DNA from: Lepidodermella squamata
Taxonomy: Eukaryota > Animalia > Gastrotricha
Direction: 5' to 3'
Assembly: GCA_047495785.1 (NCBI GenBank)
Contig: JBLDXI010000009.1
Span: 2,976,001 to 3,040,000, forward strand
DNA: 64,000 bases
Shown: positions 1 to 14,200 of the stretch, piece after piece
Layout of the letters: every line of letters begins with the position of its first letter
Numbering within the stretch: the stretch's first letter is position 1
Position numbers and translations under genes: made by a program
The notes under the pieces: generated by a model
The model's database searches: none
Told to the model about the DNA's origin: nothing
The model's input: only the letters and a program-made list of their open reading frames with translations

Positions 1-1500
<1,500 letters not shown>

Positions 1501-2039
1501 CGATTAGCAGTGAAATATGGCGAGAATCAAGTCATGCATTGAAAAATAGTAGTAAATTTACTAGACACTATGTTCAGAGTTAACTTGGCCACTGCATTTG
1601 GCACACGACGACGAGAACGCTGCTCCATTGAACGATAAAAAAATCCTCCTCAATTTGAAAAATAATTGTTATTTAAGCGCGCCACTCAAGCTGTATTACA
1701 GTTAATTATACACTGCTCATGATAAAAAAAATTGTGAATATAGGGCACACACTGTGCGCGGTGAAGCGCCCGTCTCCGAAATAGGGCGCGCACAAACTGT
1801 CATCATGCGACAGCTACAAGTGAGGCACCGCACTTGGGAAAATCACTCATCGCGCATACAATTTCGCCCTCGATTTGACACCAAATCGCGTCTGCGGCGC
1901 TCGTGTATATCAATTTACATGCACTGGCGCGACAAAGAAACCCCGGAGAGTTGGCACCAATATAACACAATAAATTATTACGATAAAAAAAAATTATCGA
2001 GTGCGTGGTTGTGGTGCAACGGAAGAGATGAACACAAAT

Positions 2040-2423
2040 GATAATGATAACAAAATTGAGGGGCAATTTTTTGCTACCATCTAACGAGGTCACACTGTTT
2101 TTTGGCTTGCCGTCATCATTCAAGTTGTGGCACGAAATTGCTGGCTTCAGCGTCGAGTTCTCGGCCGAATTACGACGCGACGGCTGCGGCGTCACTGAAA
2201 CTGGCGCTGAGCTGAGGTAGACATAAGTCTCTCGAGGCTCGAATAGAACTTTTTTGCGAATCGCAGCGTTCCAACTGCCCGTCCTCGGCCGTATTAACGG
2301 GCTGTTGGACGCTGAATTAGGAACTAATAGGAAAGCGCCACTTGCAGTGTTTGAAGGCACACTGGCCCGGGCGGCTGGGTTGAAGATTCCGAAAGTGGAC
2401 GTAGATTTCCGATCCATCATCAT
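2040..2423 (-). CDS. Possible alternative first coding exon of the K2P channel (low-complexity cytosolic sequence)
   Basis: GC-richer ATG-initiated stretch of ORF 1803..2423 on the channel strand; no recognisable domain; splice junction not resolved. Confidence 0.35.
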
Positions 2424-5400
2424 AAATCAAGGACGAGCTAGGTCAAGACGGGAAATTAATCTCAACTAAGATAATTAATGATGATGTGATCCTCTACCAG
2501 CTAGTTTAATAAGGTCACGGTAATTAGGTTAAATTTAGTACCTTCGATGCCCTCGCGTATTGACGGCTGCATAACTGCGGATGAAGATTCCCGTCTATTC
2601 GAGTTAGAGCGGATTATCTGTGAGAACATCATCTTCGTGCCGCGCGATGATACTTAGTTTTTTTCGTTAGATCATGTGATTTTTAAGCGAGGTGCGCAGT
2701 TTAATAGTAAAAAAAGCGTAAAATTAAGAGTGCCGGTAGATATTCCTATAGTAATAAAAGTTTAATTGATAGTATAAGTATATGCGAAATTAGAGTGCGA
2801 AATTAGAGTGGGTTGTGAGGTCATCATCAGGATGGTTGTTTGGCTGACTCACAACTGCGTTGATGGTTCATTATAATATCGACTTCGTCGTCGTCCTCAG
2901 ATGTAGCCGTTGTCATGTTGTTTTCCGTGACATATTTAGGTAAGAGTCGGCTACGCGCCGTCGAAGTTGGCGACATCCTGCCGCGGCCGTTGATCAGCTG
3001 ATGATGACTCGTGCCATTGCCACTAGGAATGAAATGCGAATAACGCCGTTGTAGTTGCTGATGCTGTTGTGGAAGCAACAGAAGCGGCTGCTGATTTGGC
3101 CCTCGCACAATGATGGATCCTTTTCTGTGAAGTTTTCGGCTGTTATATTTACATTTTCATATATATAGTCAGTGTTAGTAACGCGAGGGCAAGAGAGATA
3201 GATGTTATAAAAGAGCGAAGTTAATGACCCAGAAAAAGCGTCACAGCTAAGCGCCTCAAAACATCGCTTCCATACCCGGAAAAAATCAGGGAATTTTGAA
3301 TGAAACTCCCACATAGGTGCAAAAAGAGAAAGAAATCCGAAATAATAGTACTAATGTTTGTCTTTCCCCAGCCTTCTAAATGGCGAAAAAATTGATTTTA
3401 CCGAAGCGCTCAGTAAATATAAGGCGGATTTTCTACTTCCCACATTTTCCCAAACAGCTATTTTTCAATATTCTAGAATTTATAGGGAATTTTTTCTAAC
3501 TTTTTTGTCCTTAAAATTGGGTGATGAAAACTGCTGTATTAAGGCGCGTAACTAGTGCGGTAATGATAATGATGATGATGATGATGAGTCCATAGCAAGT
3601 CCACCTTTTTGGTACGTGTAGACATTAAAATTCGATTGCGGCGACAGTGAAACGGCCTACGGATGTCAGCCGCTTGGGGGCATTGAGAACAGGGCAGAGA
3701 GAGAGAATTTAAGCCTAACATAAATAACATTTCAAATGTAAGTATCGTTTTACACAGGGCCGGCCGACAATTTCCGGCTTCCTGTTTTACAGAATGAACG
3801 ATCTCCATCATCATCATCATCGTCGTGACCACACTCTGGTACTTGATGGAGACTTATATAAATATGTGTATCGGAAAATGCATTATAATTCATGAAAAAT
3901 TTGTGAAAAAGCGAAAAAAGCAGTAAGAAGAAATTATTGGTTCAAATAATGTATATATAGATTACCGAGGGGCAGCGACCGCCGCGTTATTGTTATTCGG
4001 CACAGCTAGGAAAACCGTCTGCCGGCGTTGCGGCTGCTGCTGTTGTTGTCTCGCGGGCATTTCGAGACTACAAAATTGCTCTTGTTTGTTGTGCGCGCCC
4101 GCGCGACGATTTCACGCGAGTTTATAAAATTTTATCGCAGCGATATGGTGGTCACAAACATGATCGAAAATATTCACTATAACCGCTCGGAAGCCACACG
4201 GAAAAAATTAATTCATCGCATCATAAATGAGCCGAAAAAGAAACCGAAGGATGAATCAATTTCGTATAAAAAACGGGGTTGAAAGATGACGATTTTTTAA
4301 TGCGAGCATTATTTATTTTTACGCCTATGATTATGCGTAACCCGCATACGATATTTTTTGCCCAGCTGCAGTCACGCGTCAGCGTCTTTTCGATGGCGAG
4401 GCGCGGCGGCTACAAGAGGTCGGCCACCACTTGAGAGTTTAAACAACAAAAAGCGCGCCACGTGATGAATGAGCGCGCTAATTAAAACAACGCCCGACAC
4501 CTAATAATCGCCCTCATAAATAACAATAGCAGACCTTACCTTTATGGTGCCTTTTCGGAGTAGCTACTGCTCCTCCACCTGCATTATAACTGCCGGCGAA
4601 AAGCATTCCAGTAAAACTGTACTACCGGCGAGTGAAAAATTTTGTTCGCTTTTTGATGGCCTCGAATACCAAAAACTATTCTGCGGCTTGTAAAAAAGAT
4701 ATATAATACGAAGAGTGGGCGAAAAATAAAGTGCGCGCGGATATAGAGGTGATTATTGTATAATCTAAGCCGCAGCTTCGTGTTTATATTGCGGCGAGAA
4801 AATTCGCAACTTACATCGAGTCAACCATGGCATCATTTTTCTAAAAATCACGGCCGATTTTCGTGGCGAAAAATGTCAAAAATGCCGGCGCGATTTTTTA
4901 CCATCGGCAACGCGTTCGTTCAGATTTAGTTAGTGCACGATTAAATAAATAAATTCTCGCCTCTTTTGTTAACTAATCAGCGAGTGACGGCGAAAAAATT
5001 ACCAGCCAAGGCAAATACAAAAAAATTTCCTCTTTTATTTATTATTATTACTTATACTATGATTTTCGTTGATAATATATTAAATTATTATTTGCTCTTT
5101 CCTTTTCTCAAGTGATGAATGAAGAGCGGAACGAATTTAGCAGTGATTTTACCTTTTATTGGCGCGCGGAAATGAAATATCAAAGGGAAACATCCGCGGC
5201 GAACGCTATGAATGACCCATTTTATATTGAAAATTGCGCGAGCGGCGGAAATACGCGCTCGCTTCCGGGCGCGACCCACGATTTAACGCGCGCTAAATGT
5301 ATTATTATTATGTGCGAAACACTTGCTCGGAAGTTAATTTATCGATAATAAACTTTCAGTAATTGAATAGCCAAGTTAACGTACGCCGGACGTCATGAAC

Positions 5401-6439
5401 CAGCTGAAACGTTTGCGCAGTGAATCGCCGAGTTATCGGCTTTCGCTGGTCTCCAGATTTAGACGAGCCGAAGAACATGTTTTAAAGCGTTTTGAGAAAC
5501 TAACACACTGACGATATAGCGGAGAAATATCTTTGATAGAGAAGAAAAAAACGCGATGTTCTTTTGACCCAAGAGACGAAAGGAAGTTTTGTACCGAGCT
5601 GGATGAAGCGACGATAAGATGGACGAAATTAAAAAGGCAGAGATTTTCTAGCGATGAATTTATTCGAAATACTCTAGGGAATAGTGGGGTTAATGGTTTG
5701 ACGGTTTCGAGGGGAAAAAATGTAACAAATCCGATTCGATGTTTATTTTTAGATTGAGACAGGCGCATTAGCATTCCCCTCCGGGATGAATTTTAAGAGT
5801 AAATGACCGTGTTTCACCTCATTTCATTAAACACAGCGTTTTATAAGGGCAAAAATTCGGATATTTCTTGCACCCTACAAATCACGTGATTTGTCACTCA
5901 TTGATATTCTCGAAAATGACCCGATAAAAAAGCCAGCGATAAAAAGCGCAGGGTGATCACAATAAATAATAAATATATTCAAATTATAAGTATGCACAAT
6001 AAAAATTGGCTTCTACGGGTGAATAAGTGCATTTTATCTACCAAAATTACGAAATAAATTCACGATTTAAGGGTTCACGTCTTGCCTTCTTCGCTTGAAG
6101 CGTCTTCGACAGTAGTTGAATCATCATCGGCCTCCTTATTACTGTCTTCGGCGCCCAAAATATCGGCCGATTGAGATATGACTATTTTCGCTATTTTTCG
6201 AAAAATTAATTAAGGCTAATTTTATATAAAGCGTGGAAAATATAATAAAATTGAAGAGGTAAGCTGAAGAGGAAATTGCGATTCCAAAGAGCGAATATTC
6301 TCAAATTGGGTCAGCAACAATAATTTGCGAAAATTCAAAAAAATTTAGCAATAATTTTAGAAAATTCAGCAAAACTCTAAAACAACTATAATATTCGCTC
6401 TTGAGAAAGTAGAAGCCAGTTGACTGATGAGGTTGAAAA

Positions 6440-7525
6440 CTTACGCAGATCCTCGCCTGCCGCTTCGTCACGCTCCATGCCTTCGTTGAGTATTTGAAGT
6501 GAAGTCGATTGGCGGTTCCGCGAGCCGCCTGCCGGCGACGGCACCGGCAAACTCGACCGGTGCGCCGTTTGAGCCTGTTGCTGCTGCTTGGCCTGCTGCT
6601 GCTGCTGCTGGCTCAGCGACGCACTGCTGCCGAAGCGCGACACAAATCGCGATATGCGCGTCTCTGAAAAAAGCGTAGCCAACGTTGTCATTTGCAGCGC
6701 GATGAGATTTTTTACAAACGCCGCCGGTACACTTATTTCATCCTCTGAGTCTTGCTCATCTAAAAGCTGCGGACCCTGTTGCTGATCTTCGACCGATTTC
6801 AACGACGACGACGCCGGGCGGTTATTCAACGACCATGAACGAACTCTTGGAGTGCTGTGTGTACTAGCTGGTAACAACTCAAGCGTGTCGTTACCCGCTG
6901 AAAATGCGTCATCTTGCTCGAAAATTCTACCTAACATCGCTACCTCAAGGTCCTCCTCCTCACCTAACTTATCCTCCTCGCCGATAGACGGAGCTAATGG
7001 CGGTAGGATGGGTACAAAACACGACTCTTTCTCATGGGGGAACTCAAGCGAATCCGAGGCGGAAATAAAGCCGGACGAGTCTGAAGACGGTAATTTCGGC
7101 AGTTTTTCCTCGCCGTTAACGATTGGTAACGTTTCGTTGAAAAACACGCCCTGGGACGAACTGCTGAACTTGACTGACCTAGCGCGTCGTGGCCGGTCAG
7201 GCGTGGCGGTGGGGTCGCTAATTTGCGACTCGACTGGCCTGACCAGGATGCTACGACCCGTCGGTGTTATTACCGATTTCGCTTCCGGAACAGGCTCGGA
7301 TTGAACTCGAGATATTTTGGGCCTCTTCTCTAGCGGGACATTATTATTAGCCACGATAGGTTCGTCGCTATCAAGCGAATTATTGGTACTGGCACCGCTC
7401 GTCGAGTGGTGGTGAGCAATCGCCCATTGGTGCACGCGGCGCTTTTTCTCGGACAAAACACGCCTGAATCGATCGAACTGTTTTTTAAGGCGGGGAGCCT
7501 CAGTTGCATCTCTTCCTGAAGCCAT
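6440..7525 (-). CDS. Long Ser/Gln-rich disordered coding exon, probably a distal first exon of the K2P gene or a separate gene
   Basis: 379-aa ATG-initiated ORF with coding-like composition and a GTAAGT donor near 6444; no domain recognised. Confidence 0.55.
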
Positions 7526-10500
7526 GTTTTCGAAAAACTGTTACTGCCTCAACCAGGGCGATTTTTCCTCATTTTTAGGGACCAGTTTTACAGGTCTTTA
7601 ACGAAAAAAAAACTACAGATCAAACTAGTGCATAGCGGTGAGTAAAATTATCGTAGCATACAAAGTCTAAAAAAAATGAAAAATAAAAAAAACCTAATAT
7701 GTCAAAAGCAAAATTGCTATGGGAGCTCTAAATCTTGTGCCTTTGGGGTCGCTCTCGTGACCTTTCGAGTTGTAATTTTAATGAGACGAAAAAAATTGAT
7801 TTTTTTTATGAATGAGTGGCAAAAAGTGGGGTTGAACTTTATTCCCGCTGAGAATCAGTCGCAAAAATTTGACAAGATAATGTCTGAAAAATTGACATTC
7901 GGCTTTGTCTTACTAGTACATAGCCCAATCCTACGGTATGGCGGGGTGTTTTTCGTTATTCGGAGATCTAATAAGATATAATAATTTATATATAATAAGC
8001 CATCAGTTAGGGCACGGATGTTTGTAAAAAACATCGACTGAAAAATCTTTATGCAAATCCGAATGTCGCCACGGTCGTCGTCGTCGTCGTCTTAGGTCGC
8101 TCCTTTTTATCGCATGATATTTATCCTCAGCCGCGTCTTATATAACAATTACTTTTTCCGTTATTGATACACACATCTCAATAATAAAAACGTTATTATT
8201 TATAGAAAAATAGCCCGTATACAACAACAATCAAACGAATTGAAATAGTAGCTAAAGCATTTATACCGGGCGACGATTGGACGCGCATCGCCAGTGCACT
8301 TCGACGCCACAAGCTGAGCATTCGTCGTTGATGGATGATATGATGACAAAATAGCGCGCGCCACAGTCGTTAAGGCAAACACAAAAATCAGCCCGCGCAC
8401 AAGTCAAAAATAAGTTGCTATTTTTTATATTACACTCCGGCCAAATGATATTATTATTATACCAAAATAATGCACGCAATAAATCGCCTGCATTAGGAAC
8501 TATCGAAATGAATGAATGGAAATTTGATTTTTTTTTATCAGATATCATTATGCACGTACCTCTGATCTGATGTCGTATCGCATTAAAATAATAAAATTAT
8601 CCAAAAATTACCATAGCCGCCTAGATAATATAATTATCGAATAATTGGCGTTTTTTTTCTATAAAAATGAGGACATTTTTGATAGCAAATTGCGGTAAAT
8701 GATCGCGGCTATTCATTCATTCAGAATTATAAGTTATCTGTAAACAAAACGACTTCATTACCTTCTTCGCCGACATCTTGTTGCATGAAATACTGGCTAA
8801 ACATATCGTTCAAAACAGTGCGATCAAATTATTATTATTCAAGTATAAGAGAAAATACGGCGAAAAATTGCGCGATTTGATGCGAAAATAATGAAGAAGC
8901 GCGTTGATTTTGAGCTAATATTATTATTATCTTTCATCGCTAAATAATTTGATAGACCTTATACAGCAGAGCAGCCACTTGTCTGGCGTGGAAAAATTTG
9001 TTATTTCTGATAATAAACAAAGCTAAAACGTTGGAAATTGTTGGAAAAAGTATTCTACCCGCTGTGTAAGCGTTCGGCTTCTGAAACGAAAATATGCCAG
9101 TGAGAAAAATATTACAGGAAAAAATTGCGATGCACTTTTTTTTAAGGTAGAGACGCGCTTTGTTTCGCGCTTCGGCGACGATGTTATTTATATGCGCGCG
9201 TTTTGCGCTGTTATCAGTATTTTAGGCGCATAAAAAATATACACAGCGATTGCCGGCTGCTGCTGCTGTAGCGCGCGCAAACGAGGCGGGCGATTTATCG
9301 TTATATAAACAGGTAATAACTCAATGTAAATTTTCGACGCGCCGGTCATGGTATACAATAAAAATCGCATAGATGATTGTGGGGGTTGTAATTTTGTTAT
9401 AACCAGTGAAACTACCGCAGTATCGATAATATTGGACGATGGTACATATTTGCTAAAAAATTTGTATCAATGTTTTATCTATATTATTATTATTTTTGTG
9501 ATGAACCTGAAAATAACATAATTGTTGAACTCACGCTTCTGAGGGGCCAAGGCGGCGGCGGCAGCGGCTTCTTGCTCCTTTCTTTTCTTCTTTCTCTTCG
9601 CGGACATGCCATCTTCGACGCAAGTTCGATTCGCTACCAACATCTCGATGCTGTTGTCGTATTTCGAGGACAAAAAATAACAACACCACTTGGGAAATTA
9701 CTTAAATATCATTTTCAATATATACCAGACTAATAAAAAAATGCCGCAATATCAAATGAGGTTATTAAAGGATGGAAATAATTATGGCGGGAAAAAATAG
9801 AGTCGAATTAAATTTTTTCACACATGTTCACGTGGGCTATTCATAGCGCGCAATATGCGGTCGTTTGCGCCCATGACGCTTCCTAATAAAATGCTAATTG
9901 CGAGCAGCACAAATTATAGTATATAATAGATACATGATAAATAATAAAATGGCAGTGTGTGACAAAGCTCATCATCACGGCAGCGCGGTGAAATTATTCG
10001 TCGATTCAAAGATTTTGAACGTGGCTATTATTGGCGCGCGAATTCGTGTAGTAGTATACAAAATGCGCCATTCAAACTCAATATAATATTCGCACATGCG
10101 GCGCGTAGATAGTGCGATAAACCGAAGTCGATGTTGCGATTAGCATTTTAGCCTCCTTCGGGCTATTTTTGCGAGGCACATTCTTTTGCTATCTACAACA
10201 CACCAGCGGCCGGTTGGTTGGCTTTTCTTCTGCGGTTGCTGCGGTCTCGAGCGGGAGCATCGAAAATTAGCCTCATTTTATAATGACTAAGCGTGGGTGG
10301 CTAAAAGGCGCCGGTCACAATGGCGGTGCCTGTTCGTACTCAAAATCTGAACTCGGCGCGCACGGTCTGATTTTTGTCCTCCAAGCTAGTAATCATGCTT
10401 ATCGCGCTTAAAATAATGTGAGACAAAAATTGTTGTATTAGGGTCTCAAAGGGTGGCTAAAAAAAGAAGAATTGGGGTAAAATATTTATGCAACACGAGT

Positions 10501-11278
10501 TTTACTGAAATTTAAGCCTCATTCGCGCTCACATCGGGACAATGCGCAATAGAAAAATATTGTCTAGGAATGTAAAAATCCTCAGTTCGAAATAAAAAAA
10601 GATCTAATATAAAATGGCTACCTTACATAAATTGAAGTTTTAAAAAATATTGTCCCTTATAGTATGGTTCAAAAATCTTACTCCTGGGCGATGAATAATA
10701 GGAATTTGTATAAATTAGAGCCAAGTCACGCTCTAAATATTGTGTTTTAATGTTTGTTCATTCAATCGTAACGTCTCATATCGATTAATCTCAAGTTAAT
10801 GAGAACAACATTTTTTTAAAAGGAAGTAATTAATATATCCTCGAAAAATCTGGGTTACCGGAATTAACAACGACAGAATAACAGTGCACTATATATGCTC
10901 GCATATTCAAGCTTGGGATTCGGGATTTTCGTGCACTAGTGGAAAATAACCATTTGTTCGCATAATCAAACTCAATCGAAAGCCATTATTCAGGTGCCGC
11001 AGTAAATCATCGTATTCACGTGTTTTTTTCGGCGCAATATAATTATATCGCTTAACGCCGCGAGGGCTTCATTCAAGCAAAAAAACACCAGCTATTCTTT
11101 GAATAGGAAACGCCGGAAGTTGTTCACCCTCGCTATTATTCATGTAAACCCCTCAAAACGCATCTAAAAATTTACCAGTTTATTTCTTGTAAAAGCTATA
11201 TAGGCTTAGGCAATATATATTATTTGCTTCATAACATTTTATGTCAATGAAATGATTTACAAGTCACTCAAAGTTGAT

Positions 11279-14200
11279 CTAACGCTGAAACGACATTGGC
11301 GGGCGGTTACCAAGGTATTGGCCATAGCCCGGCGGTAAACGATTTTGTCGGTGTAAATTCGCTAAATTTTGCCGATCGGCTGTTCCCATGAAGGCTAAAT
11401 TTGTCGCGTAAGTATTACCGCCGCCCGGACTGTTGCTTGGATTAATAAATTCTGGCGGCAAGCGTTGCTGCCGTTGATGAAGCTGTTGTGATGAAGGCAC
11501 GGGTGTGGGCCGAAATTGTTCGTGTTGAGGTCTGTACGGGTAAGGGGCGGCGAAACCATGGTGGGCGGGCGGTGGGGCCATGGGTGATTTCCGCGATTGA
11601 GGCGGCTGGATCATTGATTGCCGGGATGAGACAATTGAAAGTCGATTGTCGTCGACGTAGCCGAAGGGCACGGGCGGTCGGGGCATTAACAGGTGCCGAG
11701 ATGGTTTTCGCCGGGAAAGGCAAACGACGACTACGACAATGAGAAGGAAAGCCATCACACCACCGGCGATGCAGCTGTAGACGATTGAGCTGGGCCACAT
11801 GTCATCAGGCCGAGGAAAAGAGGTTGTGATATCAGTCACAAGAGGAAGATCCCTATGAAAAATCAGAGAATTAATTGCAGAAAAGTAAATAAATAAATTA
11901 AATTCGTATCTTACATTTTAGTTAAAATTTAAAACAAATTAAAAAATTACATAATTACAAAAAATATTAAAAAATCGAAGAAAAAATAAATTACGTCGAT
12001 CTGCCAAAAGCCGGATTCGCAAAGGTTGGAACGACTATGGTGAAAATTTGAGAACGCGTTGCGTAATTGCCATCCTCATCAGAGGCCCAAACGATGGCGT
12101 AGTAGACCGGAGAAATTACATCGGGTGCCATCGCGACAGCCAGTCGGAAAGGATCTGTACTGTTTGTTGTTGCTGCGGAAGCGTTGGCCCAGTATCGTAG
12201 TTGTAAGTTCAGGTTTTGGATGTTGGCAGTTATAGCTAGGTAGTAGTTTGGTTTCTTTCCATATCGCAGAGCTGCGGTCAAAGGAGCGACGTTGCAGAAG
12301 ATTGTGAAATTCAACGGCAGTCGGTATTGCTCGTAAGTGCCGAAATTGTCAGCTTGAGGCTCGAGAACGTTATTGACACCGCAATCGCTCACGATGACAT
12401 TACCAAGAGGGAAGACCTTTGAGGCTATTAAATAACAAAAAAATATAAATTTGAGCGATGACTAAAATATTATCAAGTTTCAATCGTGCGAGCAGGTAAT
12501 TTTTTACAAAAGAAGGGCGCCGGCCTCGAAGCTCCTTGCGGAGCCAAGGCCCACGGCACCGCTGGTGGAGGCGATGGCTATAGAGGCTTGTGCTTGAGAC
12601 TGGAACTAAACTACCAGGACCTGCGTCTGAGAAGAGAAGACAGGCGGTGCCAGGACGGCTCCTCGGTGGTAGCTAGATGACCAAGTGCGTTAAACCCGAG
12701 AGTGGCTAGAATCCGAGCGTTCGGCGGCCGTGCTTCGGATTCGACTCGACTGATAGAGCGCGGGCGACCTAGAGACAAGATGCCTAAGGCTGGGGGATCT
12801 GCCGATCACGTGAAGACAGCGATCAACACTCAGCTAATCTTGAAGAAGGACAACTCGCGCCGCGCCTCCACATTCAACGCTCGCCTGCTTTTCCTTATCA
12901 ACACTATGGCTCCTGTAAAACTCCAAACCCGGTTAATGAGCTAAATTAGGTAATTTAGTGAAATTCAACAACGCGGCTGACCAACTCGTTGACAAATAGA
13001 ATTAAACAGTTACTCGACCTGAAACCAAATTTGAAATCCCCATATCGAAATTCGTTTCCTGTTTCGAGATATTCAGTGTGCAATTTGTGAATATGCAAAT
13101 GAGGTAATAATGCACACTTTAATATGCGCACGTATTTGATTGTGCGCGATGAATCATCACTAATAAAACCGCGTGCGTATTAATAATTTGACTTACTTCC
13201 AAATGGAATCACCAAGTCGAAAGATCCAGCCACTTTGTAGAAGGTCGCATAAATTCCTCTCCCTGTCACTTGAGTTACAGTTGCATTGTCATTAGCAACA
13301 CCAACAAGCGCTACTCCGGGCTTGACGAAGCAATTAGTCTCAGATTTTGTCGCATTCGGAGGTCTTAGACGAACATGGACAGTGTATGTCCCGTTCATAG
13401 TTGCGTTGACTAAAAGGGCCGTGTAGACACCGTCATTTGCAAACCCGTCTTCCCCCAAGCCGTCATCATACATTTTACCATCCGACGATAATAGGCGAGT
13501 TTCAACGGTGGCCGAGTTATCAGGATTGGGTATGGAAGCGTAATAAAGATCGTACTCAGGCTGACACCCGACCAAGGCATGAGGGCCCAGAGAAAAAATA
13601 GCGTAGACGCGAGGAAACTTGAAACGAGGCGATTGTTCGAAAACAATTTTGACCCCAGACGTTAGTTTCGCCTCGCCTTTCGGATATTTGTCCGGAACTA
13701 GGGCGATTCGGTTCTCCCACGGATCTATCCAAGGCTCGGGCACATAATTCTCGCCGGTATAGGCCGAACCCCATTCGAAGGGCCGTGATATTATCATGAC
13801 TGTGACTGGCCTAGCCTGAACCAGTCTCGTATCATTGGGCAGGATATACCTGTAAGAAAAAAAACAATAAATTTTCAAAAAAAAATAACAGAAAATTCTC
13901 TTACAGTGTACTATCTTTCCCGAAGGTGAGGTTAAGGTCGAGTCTGGTATCAGAGACATTTCCAAGCCGGCAGACTACTCGGAACGTTCTTTGAAACCCG
14001 CGGTCGTCTCGGGTGCAATTATCAGAATAATTTGAAGAAACCGTAACTGGAATAAGCAGCGCATCATGTTCGACAATAATCGTCGTATTCAAATTATAGC
14101 CCGGCGGAACTCTGAAAGGAATGCTTAAACTTTCACCGATCTTCGCCGTATAATTTTGAATCAAAATCGGTGTGCCGAAATTGTTGTCATCCAAAAACGT

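Noticed and set aside
2827-3832. Overlapping minus-strand ORFs 2827..3108, 2994..3314 and 3539..3832 as a nested gene
   Set aside because: No domain or consistent splice path found; may be real exons but cannot be supported.
7600-11270. Short ORFs and GC-rich patches in the long AT-rich spacer
   Set aside because: No coding signature or repeat structure recognised; most likely regulatory or UTR sequence.
12702-12944. Duplicated short ORF MARIRAFGGRASD... (also 20089..20304) and ORF 12486..12680
   Set aside because: GTG starts, antisense to the Pol III unit, and the reading frames diverge exactly where the RNA gene ends; a by-product of the ncRNA duplication.
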